The notes under the pieces are model-generated. The model saw only the letters and a program-made list of their open reading frames with translations. It ran no database searches and was not told the origin of the DNA. The position numbers and the translations under genes are program-made. Of a DNA stretch of 54,427 bases, positions 1-12,753 are shown piece after piece. The stretch is from Octopus bimaculoides (taxonomy: Eukaryota), in contig NC_068982.1 in NCBI RefSeq assembly GCF_001194135.2, positions 111,749,475-111,803,901 of the forward strand, given 5' to 3'. The number at the start of each line of letters is the position of its first letter. Position 1 is the first letter of the stretch.

Positions 1-915
1 TTATTATATGATTGAACACCACGCATCCTCTTCCAAGTAAGTCTTATCTTAATAATTCTGATGCGTACTCTATACGATCTTTTTACTCTTTCGTTTTTCT
101 CTCTCTTTCTCTCTCTTATTCTTTTACCTCCTGTTCTCTCACTATTCTATCCTATTATTCTGTCACTCTGTCTCCCTCACTCCTCCTTTCTTGCTCACGT
201 GGCTCCCACGTGTCCATCGGTCATCTTTCTTTCTCTCCACTGTAGCTGGAACAAGAAAGACGTATTCTTGTTTGTCTCCTGTCCTAGCTTGATTTACGTG
301 TTCGCCACCACAACCTCGTTTAGGCTTAGCTGTTCTTCCTGCTTGTTTCACTGTCCTCCTCAAAATCCCAAATTTTATTTAATTTGCTTTGTAGGAGCAG
401 CTGTTTTATCGAAAACATATATTGCTGTTAAATGCTCGAAATACGAAACTAAAAAAAAAAAAAGAAAAACACCCAACAACGGATGAAGGGTCGTTCTTTA
501 TGCTATTTGTTTTGTTTCCCATTTGTGTCTTTCGTTGTTCGAAAGAATAGTTCATGTTCCATGTGCTCGTGCTTCGTATTTTTTGTTGTGCACGTTTCGC
601 GATGTCCTGTGCCCACATATGCATATATATATATNNNNNNNNNNNNNNNNNNNNNNNNNNNNNNNNNNNNNNNNNNNNNNNNNNNNNNNNNNNNNNNNNN
701 NNNNNNNNNNNNNNNNNNNNNNNNNNNNNNNNNNNNNNNNNNNNNNNNNNNNNNNNNNNNNNNNNNNNNNNNNNNNNNNNNNNNNNNNNNNNNNNNNNNN
801 NNNNNNNNNNNNNNNNNNNNNNNNNNNNNNNNNNNNNNNNNNNNNNNNNNNNNNNNNNNNNNNNNNNNNNNNNNNNNNNNNNNNNNNNNNNNNNNNNNNN
901 ACGTATATATATATA

Positions 916-1260
916 ACGCAGCGTGGCTGTATGGTGCGAAGCTTGCTTCCCAACTACATGGTTCTGGGTTCAGTTCCACTGCGTGGCACCTTGGGCCACT
1001 ATCTTTTACTAAGGCCTTGTGAGTGGATTTGGTAGATGGAAACTGAATGAAGCCCGTCGTATATATATATGTGTATATTTGTCTGTGAGTCTGTGTTTAT
1101 CCCCCACCATCGCTTGACAACCGATTCAGCAAAGGAGACCGATAGAATAAGAACTAAGCTTACAAAAATAAGTCCTGGGGTCGATTTGTTCGACTATAAG
1201 CGGTGCTCCAGCATAACCGCAGTCAAATGACTGAAACAAGTAAATGAATAAAAGTAAAGA
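916..1260 (+). mobile_element. tRNA-derived SINE (octopus-type family 1)
   Basis: Co-linear with the copy at 53247-53672 (ggctgt..tggt..cttgcttc, gtgagtggatttggtaga..gaaactga, gcttgacaaccg, ggtcgatttgtt, cagtcaaa.tgactgaaacaagtaaa). Confidence 0.85.
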
Positions 1261-1269
1261 TATATATAA

Positions 1270-2492
1270 AGTTCTTTTTTAGTCTAAAATATACTCTCCT
1301 TCATTTTCTGCAATACTCCTTCTATCTGGAATACTTGCAAGACCCTTCTTCCAAACTTCACTTGTCCATGATGTCCGTGATGAAAAATACTTCTCCAGTA
1401 CTGTTTTGACCTCGTCTACATAATTCATATTTTTTCCGTCTAAATGATTTTGACGACTGCGGAGTAAATGATAATCAGATGGGGCAATGTCCGCAGATTA
1501 TGGTGGGTGGGGCATCGTTTCCCATTCAAACTGCTCCAGCCTTTGAAATGTCATCCTCGCTGAATGTGGCCGAGCATTATTCTGATGGAAGAATACTTTT
1601 CGTCTTGAAACCAAAGATGGTTGTTTTTCTTCTAGCGCTTACTTAAACCGCTCAAGCTGCTCGCAGTAGATCTCCTTTGTTATCGTTTGGTTTGGGCTTA
1701 AAAGTTGAAAGTGGACTAAACCTTTCATATCCCACCAAACAGATAATACCTTACGTGGGTGAAGACCTTCTTTAGCCTTGGATCTTTAGCCGGTATTTCT
1801 CCTTTCCTACCCACTGTCTTCGGCGCTTGACATTTCTATAGAGAACCCATTTCTCGTCAGCAGTCACTATGCTGTTCAAAAAAGGTTCATTCGTGAGACG
1901 TGACAGCAAAGAAGAGCACACATTCACTATTTGCGCACGATTGGTCTCGGAAAGTTTGTAAAGAACCCACTGACCCAATTTGCTGACTTTTGCGATGGCA
2001 CGCAGGTGTCGATGAATGGTTGAATGACCAAATCCAAGCTTCTTTGCTAGTTCCTCAACAGTTACGATTGGATTTTGCTCCACCAGGTTTTGCAGGACGT
2101 TCTCGTCGAGCTCTATAGGTCTGCCAGGAAGAGGATCGTCTTCTAGGTTGTGGTTTCGGCTCGGAATTTCTGGAACTACTGTTAACACTGGCTTACGCTT
2201 ATTGTCCGATCTCCATATACTACATTAATATTTCCTTGCACTTTCCGTTGCGTTGTTGCCTTTATTGAACTCATAAAGCAAAATATACCGAATATGCTCC
2301 TTTGTATTATAGTTTTGAAAAAGTAACTGTTAAAATCGAACAGCACTCTTCAAAACTTGCACTACGAATAAGGACAAGGTAAAATTACTATCTGCTTTTA
2401 TAGCAAGTTGATGCAGGTAGTTTATCCCGTCCCTCTCCGACTTTTAGTTCATGCAATTGAAAAAAACCCGCATTATTTATGGGATGACCCAA
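1270..2492 (-). mobile_element. Decayed mariner (DD34D-type) transposon
   Basis: Frameshifted transposase: KEHIRYILLYEFNKG, EDDPLPGRP, WVLYKL (WVPHEL-like), TADEKW, HQNNARPH, PHPP*SADIAPSDYHL. 5' TIR TTGGGTCATCCCATAAATAATGCGG starts at 2492 next to TA; 3' TIR not seen. Confidence 0.93.
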
Positions 2493-2814
2493 TATATACA
2501 CATGCGTGTATGTGTGTGCCTATACCTTTCTGTTTGTACTGTGTGTGTATCTGTATGTATGTATNNNNNNNNNNNNNNNNNNNNNNNNNNNNNNNNNNNN
2601 NNNNNNNNNNNNNNNNNNNNNNNNNNNNNNNNNNNNNNNNNNNNNNNNNNNNNNNNNNNNNNNNNNNNNNNNNNNNNNNNNNNNNNNNNNNNNTACACAT
2701 ATAAACACACACCTACACATATGTACGTACGTACGTATGTTTGCATGTATGTATGTATGTATGTATGTGTGTGTGTGTGTGTGTGTGTGCAGTTTGGGAT
2801 TTCTGCTCTGGTAC

Positions 2815-2943
2815 CTTTTGCCAAATTTCACGATGTTGGTTATTAGTCAACCTGGGGCTCCTCGAAGCCATTCGTCGAAGAATAGAATTTCTCAGCCTCA
2901 GACCACTGTCTCCACCTACATTATCTTGTTTACATTTTAACAG
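2815..2943 (-). CDS. Orphan putative exon, product unknown
   Basis: aattttacttgcag|CTG ... AAG|gtacca, 129 nt, phase 0 to 0, open: LLKCKQDNVGGDSGLRLRNSILRRMASRSPRLTNNQHREIWQK. Confidence 0.3.
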
Positions 2944-4349
2944 CTGCAAGTAAAATTCTACTCTGGATGTCTTGAAATAGCATTACTTTTAACCCTTTAA
3001 ACAATTAATATATTGTTATATGTCGTCATCTTGAGATAATTGACTTCTTCGCTCTGGGCCATGTTCTCATTTCTCCTCTCCTGTGATATATTTTTGCCTC
3101 ACACTTGTTCTCCTCTTCTTTTCTCATTGAATTCCTTTCCTAATGGATTTTATTTATTTATATTGAAATGTCGAAAGAATTCTAGTTACCTTTCATTAGA
3201 TCGTTTTTATTAATTTCCATTCGACATTTCGAAATTGAAGTATTTCTTCATTCCAATATTTTCCTGTCCATTTTGTATGTCCAAACCTTGTGAATACCGA
3301 CATGTCAGATGATTCAATGCATTTGTCTGTCTTTATTGAGTGCTCATGTTTTACAGTGAAAGCGCAGAGCTGAAGAGTTCTAACATTCCGCAAAGATTTT
3401 TCATAGATTTAGTGAAAGGTGTTTCGATGTCAAGAGTGTTTTCATGTTCAGGAAACGAGATTTTACTATTCCTATTCTATTAACTTCTGTATCATACTTC
3501 CTGTTTTCTTCGATGAGTTAACCAAGCTATTTATAAATTTTGACACCTCTTCTGAATCTATGACATTTATTCCCGTGCTTCTTTTATGCTTTGCTCCCAA
3601 TAATAGTTACTAGAAACACTTCTGTTGATAAAGAGATATTTACACTGTTTGTATCCTTATAGCTGTCGGAAAAGAAGAACCATCCAAGTATGCTAGTTGC
3701 AGATATTTATTTTGTTCTACTCACATTATAACGTTTAATAGAAAATCAGAAGCTGTAATGTTTTCATGTAAGTATTCTGTGTAAAACAGTTGTACAGTTG
3801 TTTGCTATATAAAACTCTCCTTCTTCTGTACCAGTTTAAATTATAAAATATTCTCAGTACACATTGGTAATCTTTTTGCAAAGCCTGTGTTGAAAGTGTA
3901 TGTTCAACGTCTGTGTTGGAAAAGATGGGCAAATTTGGTATTTTTGTACTATTACGCCCGACTCGTAAAGTCAGTGTTGAGAACGAATTTGCAAAGTCTG
4001 TGTGTTTGTTTGATTAGAAAATTGATTTAGGCAAAGGTGGGTTGTATAAACTAATCTTTAGTTGATATTTTAAATTAGTGAATTTCTTAACGGGGGGATA
4101 AGAAAGATGGCATAACCACTATGTTGCTCAACCGTAAAAGCAGTCGAAATAATACAATACAACTATTGAACAGTAATACAATAAAAAATTATTAATACTT
4201 CAAACTGAATGCATGATGATTGTTCTAGAATTATCCCTAACTCTGTTGCTCAATGACTCTTCCAGAGTAAAATTAAGATATGCTTAAATATTACGATCCG
4301 AGTTTTGTTATGTTTTGTATGCAGTGTGGAGAAGGAGAATCTGACGTGT

Positions 4350-6545
4350 TTGGACCGAACGTTTATCGCAGAGGATATTGTTTTCTCTTTATTTTTCTGA
4401 ACAGACAGCCCTGAAATATCAGATTGTTCTTCTAACCACAGCATATAAACTTGCTCAAACAACATTACTATATAACTCTAGCCGATCCAGTCTACCACCA
4501 GTTTCTTTAGACTACATACATACATACTTACATATTTTAGTGAACTTCCAACTGGGACCAAGGCCTATATCAGTTCTACAAAAAGACTAGGAAAGACACC
4601 TCGGTAGGCTGCATGAAGAGACTTAAAGAATATTGGAATAAAAGACAATTACACCATCAAGTTTCATTTCTTGAAAAGAAATATGCCAACAACCAAAATC
4701 ACTCATTCAAAATGTACAAACGATAACACTGGTATTGACAACACAGTAAAACTTCTCTGTGAAGAGGCTGAGAACGACACAAGGCACACGACAAGACGAC
4801 CATAATAGCAAACTGTTGCCACTACCCGGACATCCACTTATGATCTGCCACTACCCGGCAACCACTTATGATCTGGTAAAAACAAGAGACGGATATAAAA
4901 TACTAAAATCACAGCTTGCATCGAAGTTCAAGTAGAACTTCACTACTTATATACATAAGGCACTGCATGAGAGAACGCTACCGACACGAGCTGGGAAAAA
5001 TCCCAGTACCGACCTGATGTTATCCGCGATCAACGAAATTGTATGAATAACTAGCTCAAATTCAGACTCTCAGCTTTTGGACAATAAATTTCCTTCTACA
5101 GTGTGCTGCAGTAACTGTACACCAATAGATGGGAATAAAAGAGACCGATCCAAAAAATAACACTGAGCCAAAATTGATTAATTCCCGTCAAAATAACATC
5201 AACAGACTCAGGGAAATGATAGAACAGTTGGACACTATCATAAAATGCAAAGCTAAAAATGAATTCATGAATCACCAGCTATGACTGCACGATAGATTCT
5301 GAATTGTATGGGTTTGTCACCTCAAACACGACCTGCGAGTGGTAAATGAAAAACTTCGTTATCGTTAAAAGTTACACGGACGAAAAATGATAAACTGAAA
5401 GTTTGCCTGGAACTCACAAGTGTATATCGCATGTACCCCTCCCTAGGAAGACTTAGAGTCATTCTGGTGGGGAATCTGGGATATAAACAAAGAACACAGT
5501 CACGATGCAGCATGTTTAAACGAACTACGAAGTAAGTATTGTTTAAATGCCTCTCCTAAAATATATAACATCACCAGTGTAACACTCCTGTCGGTTATTA
5601 TGAAATTGTCGAATGGAAAATCGCCTGGGAGAGTCTTGATAGTAGGCCACAAGTACAAAAGGCTCACTTTCTGCAGGCAAATTCTCATGACCCTGTTTTA
5701 AAAAACAATGTACACTAAGCTAGATATACCGGATGGCTGACGGTTGCACGGACTACTCTTATCCCCCAAGAACAAAGAGACCCATGTGGCCGAAAACCGT
5801 AGGCCCTAGCATGCTTGAATGTTACGTACAAACAGTATACAAGTTGTTTAAACATGTTTCTCCAAAGCCACTGCCAAACAAATGATGTGATAACTGATGA
5901 ACAGGTAAGAAGAAAGAAAGTCTGGGGCTCTGCTGAACAGCTTCTTAACAAAGCCGCCCTTCATGCAAGCAGCATTGCCATAATCTCTTAACAATATGGC
6001 TACTCTACAGGAAATCATTCGATTCTATTTCTTACTCATGGATGATAGAATCACTGCACCTAGCTAAAGCGCCAGCTGCTATATTGAATGCCATTGAAAG
6101 ACATGTTCGACACAGTTTGAACTGGCAGTGAACTCCTTGTCAACTCTATTAACAAAATGCTAAGGCTACATGTTGGGGTATGCAGAAAAGAATAAAATTA
6201 ATGTCACCCACATGCCACACTGTATCACTCAGACAACAGCTTCTGAACAGTAGAGAAAGAAATGAGTACATTACATGCATGCTCAAAAATGAGAATGACA
6301 TCTTCAGAGTTGTAGAACTATTGAGTAGGTACTCTGAGAATACAACTGTCTCAGGTGACCCCCAAAAGGCTAGTTTGGCCTACTTCAACAGGAGCATGTG
6401 GTAGAAGCAGGCATCATACCAACGAAAAGCAATGCATGAGTACATACCCCAAAAGCTAGAGGATAACAATGGCATTGACAGGGAGAGTAGCCTCTTCGGG
6501 ATCTGTGATCTGGAATTCTCTCAAGAACTTAAATCTCAATGTGTG
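4350..6545 (+). mobile_element. Decayed R4/Dong-type non-LTR retrotransposon with internal deletions
   Basis: RT motifs across frameshifts at about 5440-6100: LESFWWGIW, KSPG, WLTVARTTLIPKNKETHVAENRRP, ACLNVTYK.YTSCLN, EQLL, IWLLYRKSFDSISYSW; later KAMHEY. Confidence 0.8.
4817..4875. repeat. 29-bp tandem duplication
   Basis: tgccactacccggacatccacttatgatc / tgccactacccggcaaccacttatgatc. Confidence 0.9.
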
Positions 6546-7989
6546 TGCATAGACATAATAATGATTGTCAACTTTTGGATAGGAATGTGTACTGCAATTG
6601 ATTTAATATAACTTGATAAGATGCATAAAACTATTATATCATAGGACCCTAAGACACTTATTCAGCAGAAACACATTTTGGAATGTAATATGATGAAAAT
6701 GCATTTTATTAAATAAAATTTTAATGCTGTATAATTTTCCATTCTTCATTAGTACTCTACATGAAATCTATTGAAGCAAAGGTATATATTGTTTATGTTT
6801 GTAACGTCCTTGTTCAGATGATTTGGTTTGGGAAACAGTTTGTTTTAAACAACCTCAAACGATTACATACTTGACCTTAGCTTATAGAGAATGAGAACTC
6901 ATGCATACAGAGTTCTATATTAGCTGAAATATCCACATTGTAGTTCCTGTACTTTATCTAGTGACTTATAAGACAGAACAATTATAAATATACCTACTTT
7001 TTGCAGGCCTTTTCTTGAACCTCTCCTTTCCAGTAACTCAAAACCTGATCTAATGTTTATAAGACATAAGTTGATTTTGTGGAACATATTTTTCTTTTGG
7101 AAAAAGTGCCCCTCGTAAGACATTATATGCAATTTTTATTTTTTACATCTTTTTCTTTCTTGTTATCTTATTTTCTCTTATCACTCAGAGCTAATGTTCA
7201 AGAAATTATTTCTTAGTAATACATGAAATTTATTTCTATTTTTGAATTTTACCAATAATTAAAGAACTGATTTCTAACAAGGAAGCAAAATCCCAAGTTA
7301 TTTGTAATTACCACTTAAACATTTATTGACATAACCAAGTGTTAAAATAATTATTCATACAAATGTAAATTTGTTATCTGGGTAGAGAAGCTATGTTTCG
7401 AATTAGTTTTTCATATATTCTCTTTCTCAGTGATTTCTAATGAAATGTTCACATTATTGTTTTTCTGTCCTTCAAGAGACATCATACCTATGTGTGGTGG
7501 TGGTGATTTCTGTGCGTGCTTGCATGTGTATGTGCATTTTTGCATATGTGTATGTGTATGTTGATAATACTATCAGCATTTCCTTTACACTAATTTGCAC
7601 ATTCAAATACAAACTGTATTCTGAACTATAAATCTGGCCCACTAGTAAGGCACAAGGAGACAACTGGTATATTGGTCTAATGGAGAAATGTATAGATTTG
7701 GTATCTATTTATGATATCTATGTCAGCTGAGCACAGTTGTATTGAAAATGACTTTTGAACTTGTGGATTCCAATGATATAAAATGTCTTTAATGAAATTT
7801 GGATAGGATGTCCAACATCTTCACCATTTTGCATCTACAGTCCATGCTGATTTTACTCAGCAATGAACATTAAACAATATAATATTATTGTAGACTTAGA
7901 ATTAAGAAAAATATACCCTACCACACCTGTATGTATGTATGTGTATGTATATATGTGCGTGAATGTAAAGGTGTGTATGTGAGTGTATA

Positions 7990-8066
<77 letters not shown>

Positions 8067-8279
8067 TGCCCCTTCGTTATCGAGTATGGCCATTGCACGA
8101 AGCTTAAATTAACTGTGCTGTGATCGAATGTGACTTTTTAGCCCAGCCAAAGATCTACAATGTCTTGCACAGAGTTGGCATCCAAAACCTTTACTGGCAA
8201 TAGCTGGCTGTTGTTGTAAATGGGCTCCATGTACCTTTGCATGTCATTTAAGTCCTCATTAAGTCTGTGAAAGAAACAG

Positions 8280-8956
8280 CACCATCATGCAATTCACTCT
8301 TCCAGAAATTTCAAAATAACATGCTGCACTGCTTGATATTTGTGCTGGAAGCTCCAATATAAACATTTCAGAATGTTTGGAGTGATCACTAATGATGGCG
8401 ACGTTATTCCTCCATTCATCTTCCCACATGGCCTCAGCCTCAACACAAAGCCTACATGAAGTACCTGGAGGAGGTAGTGCTGCCCTGGGTCAAGAGGGTG
8501 GCGGCTGGAAGGCCCTATGTCTGGTAACAGGACTGTGCACCATGCCACACAAGCAGGAGAACCCAATGACGGCTGTCAGACAATTTCTGTGACCACATCT
8601 CCCTTAACATTTGGCCACCTAACTCCCCAGACTACAATTCCCTTGATTATTATGCATGGGGCACAGTTGAGTGAGAGACCAACAAAACTCCTTGTAACAC
8701 CAAAAGTGAACTGAAGGCAAGGATTATGGCAAAATTCACCAACTTAAACAAGGAGACCGTCCAGAAGAGTTACAGGAGATTCTGAAGTCGTCTGGAGACC
8801 ATACTTGAAACCAATGGCGATTTTATTGAATAACTTTACTCTTTGGTATTTGAAGATATTTTTATGTAATTTTGATAAATATATCTGTTAAAATGAGATG
8901 AGAGTGTTATTTTCCTTTTTGCATGATTTAGACTGCGGTTTATTCACCACACCCTG
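8280..8956 (+). mobile_element. Internally deleted maT (DD37D) Tc1/mariner transposon
   Basis: MFGVITNDGDVIPPFIFPHG, W*QDCAPCHT, WPPNSPDYNSLDYY; 37 residues between the 2nd and 3rd catalytic D by hand count; ends ...caccacaccctg|ta. Confidence 0.9.
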
Positions 8957-9567
8957 TATATGTATGTATATGTATTTAATTTGTTTTATCTTGAGAGAGT
9001 CATTATGCCAATGATGATGAAGAAAAATATATGCAAAATCCTTTGGAGCATTTTAAGCAAAAGTACCTTTGAAAGTAATGCATGCATCTTGGAAGAACTA
9101 TGTGAGTGATGTTGAAGTCTTGGAGATAGTAAATGTTGCATCTCATTAGCAAGCAGCAGTCATATAACCCTATTGAATAGTTAGCTTCTATCATGTTCAT
9201 TATGTATGTATATATGTATGCATGCATGGTCATATATTGACACACTTATATGTATATATATATATGTATATTTATATATATGTATATCTATACATATGTA
9301 TATAAGTATGTAATTATGTGTGAATGTATAAATATATATATATACATGTGTGTGTTATACATATAATATATATTATATATATATTATATTATATATATAC
9401 ATTATATATTTTATATATATTATATATATATTATATTATATATATATATATATACATTATATATTTTATATATATTATATATATATTATATATATATATA
9501 TTATATACTATATGTATATATATTGTATATATATTATATATATATATATATATTATATATATATATA

Positions 9568-9885
9568 TTAGTTGAATAAAATTAAAACATATTCTGGTTT
9601 TCACGTTTTTCATTATGGTATTTTAACAAAATTAACACTTTAATACATAGTGTACTCATCAGATTTCAAATGTGTTTAACTGACAGTTGAGTTCTTGACA
9701 ACTTTAGTACCTCTTAGAATGCTCCAATCAAATGAATTTTTAGTATACCTTTTTCGTCAATCTCCATGTTCTTAAACATCATTTGAAATCTGATCAGTAA
9801 ACTATGTGCAAAAGTGCTAATTTTGTTAAAATACCATAATAAAAAAACATGAAAACCAGAATATATTTTAACTTTATTCAACTAA
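9568..9885. mobile_element. MITE with about 112-bp imperfect TIRs and TA flanks
   Basis: 9568-9679 is the reverse complement of 9772-9885 (TTAGTTGAATAAA... / ...TTTATTCAACTAA); TA on both sides. Confidence 0.85.
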
Positions 9886-10849
9886 TACATTATTCTATAC
9901 ACATTCACACAAATTCGAAACAATATATATATATATATATATATAAGTTTATATATGCATATGTATACACACACACATATAATAGTCTAAAATATGTCTT
10001 GAATGTATATGATTTAATCATGGGTAAAACCATAATGTTGTTCACATGAAACGCCTTGGTCATTTGGTCTGGCTATTTAATCCTATTTCTCCTCAAATAA
10101 CATGACAAACAAATATATATACATTAGTATATATGTGTGTGTATGCCTGTTTTTGAATATTTATATACGGGTATCTGTGTATGCGTGTATGTATTCATGT
10201 ATTCATATTTCCATTTCACTTACTGCCACTTCAAGGATTTTGTTATGGCATCTGACATTGTTACATTTTTGCACAAAGGGTAATTTTTCTCTCCTGCTGA
10301 GTTTGTAGAGAAAAATGTCTGTTGTATGGATTTATGACTGATATTTAGCTGTATTATGTGTCAGTTTTAAGAAGATTTGTTGTATTAATCTGTATTAATA
10401 CTTGCTATGATTAAGAATGATTTATTTCTGAATCTTGAATTGTGGAAACAGGAAGCTATGAAATATTTATGGCTGTGAGAACAATGTATTTTTTGTTTCC
10501 TATTATCTTTGAAATTATAATTTTCTATTGAATTCGTATAGTGATTTTCAGAAATCATACTCAACTGTTTATGTATAATTTAAGCATTTGCTTTAGTTGG
10601 ATATATCAGAATTACTTTTGATGTGATTTTTGACTTTTTTATTTTCCAAACTTAATTTGGTTGTTGAATTATTATATTCCATAGCTGAATTTGTTCTCTG
10701 ATACTACAAATGAAATTTACTAAAATTCCAATAAAACTAGAGAAAAAAGCTAGGTCAGTTCCTCCTCAACTTTTTGCGAACTCTTAAATATATTTCCTGG
10801 GTATATATATACATATTTTACCAAATCCTTTTTGTTATAACAACGTTGT

Positions 10850-11145
10850 AAACTGTTTCAAACATATTCTTATTATTATTATCAAAGAATGTATATATGT
10901 ATTTTGATACTTAAACTGTTTCTAACATTTTCTATTATTATCAAAGAATATGTATATGTATATTTTCCATATATGTATTTTCATACTTACACTGTTTTTA
11001 ACATTTTCATCAGTATGTAACACTACAAAGCTCATACAAAGCTTTATACTTTAAATATATTCCTCTTATTATCATCAAAGAATGTATATATGCATTTTAA
11101 TACTCAAACTGTTTTTTAACATTTTCTATTATTCTCAAAGACTTT
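10850..11145. repeat. Degenerate minisatellite, about 60-bp unit
   Basis: Recurrent aactgttt.taacattttctattattatcaaagaatgtatatatg.atttt.atact units beside an N gap. Confidence 0.75.
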
Positions 11146-11413
11146 TGATAATCTTTTTCTAAAAAATAGAAACCGGTTAAGTAAATAAATNNNNNNNNNN
11201 NNNNNNNNNNNNNNNNNNNNNNNNNNNNNNNNNNNNNNNNNNNNNNNNNNNNNNNNNNNNNNNNNNNNNNNNNNNNNNNNNNNNNNNNNNNNNNNNNNNN
11301 NNNNNNNNNNNNNNNNNNNNNNNNNNNNNNNNNNNNNNNNNNNNNNNNNNNNNNNNNNNNNNNNNNNNNNNNNNNNNNNNNNNNNNNNNNNNNNNNNNNN
11401 NNNNNNNNNNNNN

Positions 11414-11449
<36 letters not shown>

Positions 11450-11454
11450 TTTGG

Positions 11455-11653
11455 TTAAGGCACTGAATAACAAAAAGGTATCAATGGGGAACAGTGACTA
11501 CTAATATATATATATATAGAGAGAGAGAAAGAGAGGGAGAGAGATGTGTCTAGGATTCTTCTCAAGTCTTCCACAATTGGTGGGCATAATTTATCCTCAA
11601 ACTGCAAACCTGGCCAGTATGTTTGCAACAGAGTGGAGTCCACAGCAAGGTAC
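11455..11653 (-). CDS. Putative terminal exon of a ROCO/MFHAS1-like (COR domain) gene
   Basis: Acceptor catag|G (phase 2); only long open frame: YLAVDSTLLQTYWPGLQFEDKLCPPIVEDLRRILD..., resembling the COR C-terminal LL-x-WPGL motif as I recall it from MFHAS1/LRRK2. Confidence 0.5.
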
Positions 11654-11845
11654 CTATGCAACTACATTGCAGTTTTGTAATTCACTAAAAGTATGCATTT
11701 AGTGAATGGATAAACACATAAATACACCATAATAAGGTCAAAATGGAACTGTTCTCTATAGATTTAGATGAAGAGAAGCCCTAAGCCATTCCACTTGTAA
11801 GGCCCTTTCCAGCCTCATCCTCCATGACTGGAATTGTATATATAC

Positions 11846-11988
11846 CTTGGCTGATTGCCTTTTAGATTTTGTAACCTTAGGCTTTGTCTTCCCAAGCCCA
11901 TTTGATAAATCCAACACCACTTCTCAGCTTGTTCAGAAGACCAATAACATAATTGCAGTCTTTGTAAAATCTCTTTAGAACCATTTAC
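11846..11988 (-). CDS. Putative internal exon of the ROCO/MFHAS1-like gene
   Basis: cacag|GTA ... CCA AG|gtatat, 143 nt, phase 0 to 2, single open frame VNGSKEILQRLQLCYWSSEQAEKWCWIYQMGLGRQSLRLQNLKGNQP-R; phase-compatible with both neighbours. Confidence 0.55.
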
Positions 11989-12537
11989 CTGTGACTATTA
12001 TATTACCTGAATTGATAAGTAATATATTGGAATAATTTCAATGTTATTTCTATTAATTCTATTTCAAATAGTAAAATAATTGTCAATATATTCTCTGCAG
12101 ATTTCATTACTATGTGACTAAAATAAATATGACAGAGTTCAAACATGTCTGCTGTTGATTGATATAATTATGTTTCTCAGATACATTTTGAGGCTCCTTT
12201 CAAAAAATTCTACATACTTCTTTCTTGTCTGAGTTCATTTTTTCAGTGTAGTCAAAATGAATGTAAAATGTACGTAATTAAAGTATTTCATGAAGATTTT
12301 ATCAAAATGTTGCATATTTTGTTTATAACATTCTTTTCTTAACTGAATATTACGAATTACTTCATTATGTATTTGATAATGTTAAAGCTTTGTAAGTATT
12401 TGAACATGGAAATTAATATTTATATATTTACTCTAACCTCTTTGTTACCTATGGAAAATAAATGATGTAGTCTGCAGAAGCTAAAAAAAAAAAAAAAGAG
12501 AAAGAATCCCTCTTTGAACCAATAAAGTTGCTTGTAC

Positions 12538-12633
12538 CTGATCTCTAGAAATAACAATAGCAATGAAATTTCTTGCAAATTTAACTTCACCATCTCGAAA
12601 ATAGTAACATATTTGTGCATGAGCATCAACTTG
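12538..12633 (-). CDS. Putative internal exon of the ROCO/MFHAS1-like gene
   Basis: tttatag|CAA ... CAG|gtacaa, 96 nt, phase 0 to 0: QVDAHAQICYYFRDGEVKFARNFIAIVISRDQ. Confidence 0.5.
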
Positions 12634-12648
12634 CTATAAACCACTTAC

Positions 12649-12753
12649 TGGATATGATATAAGATGTAAACCATATAAAATGTTTTCTTTAAGTTGTAAG
12701 CAAAAGTGTTGTGTGTGATATCTATCAATATAACACCTGTTATCATTCCTATC
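12649..12753 (-). CDS. Putative internal exon of the ROCO/MFHAS1-like gene (abuts the next exon across 15 nt)
   Basis: cttag|GAT ... CCA|gtaagt, 105 nt, phase 0 to 0: DRNDNRCYIDRYHTQHFCLQLKENILYGLHLISYP; weak pyrimidine tract. Confidence 0.4.

Noticed and set aside
11548-11650. Plus-strand reading FFSSLPQLVGIIYPQTANLASMFATEWSPQQ with a GTACC donor
   Set aside because: Acceptor lies in a purine (GA)n tract and no partner exons were found; the minus-strand reading chains with its neighbours.
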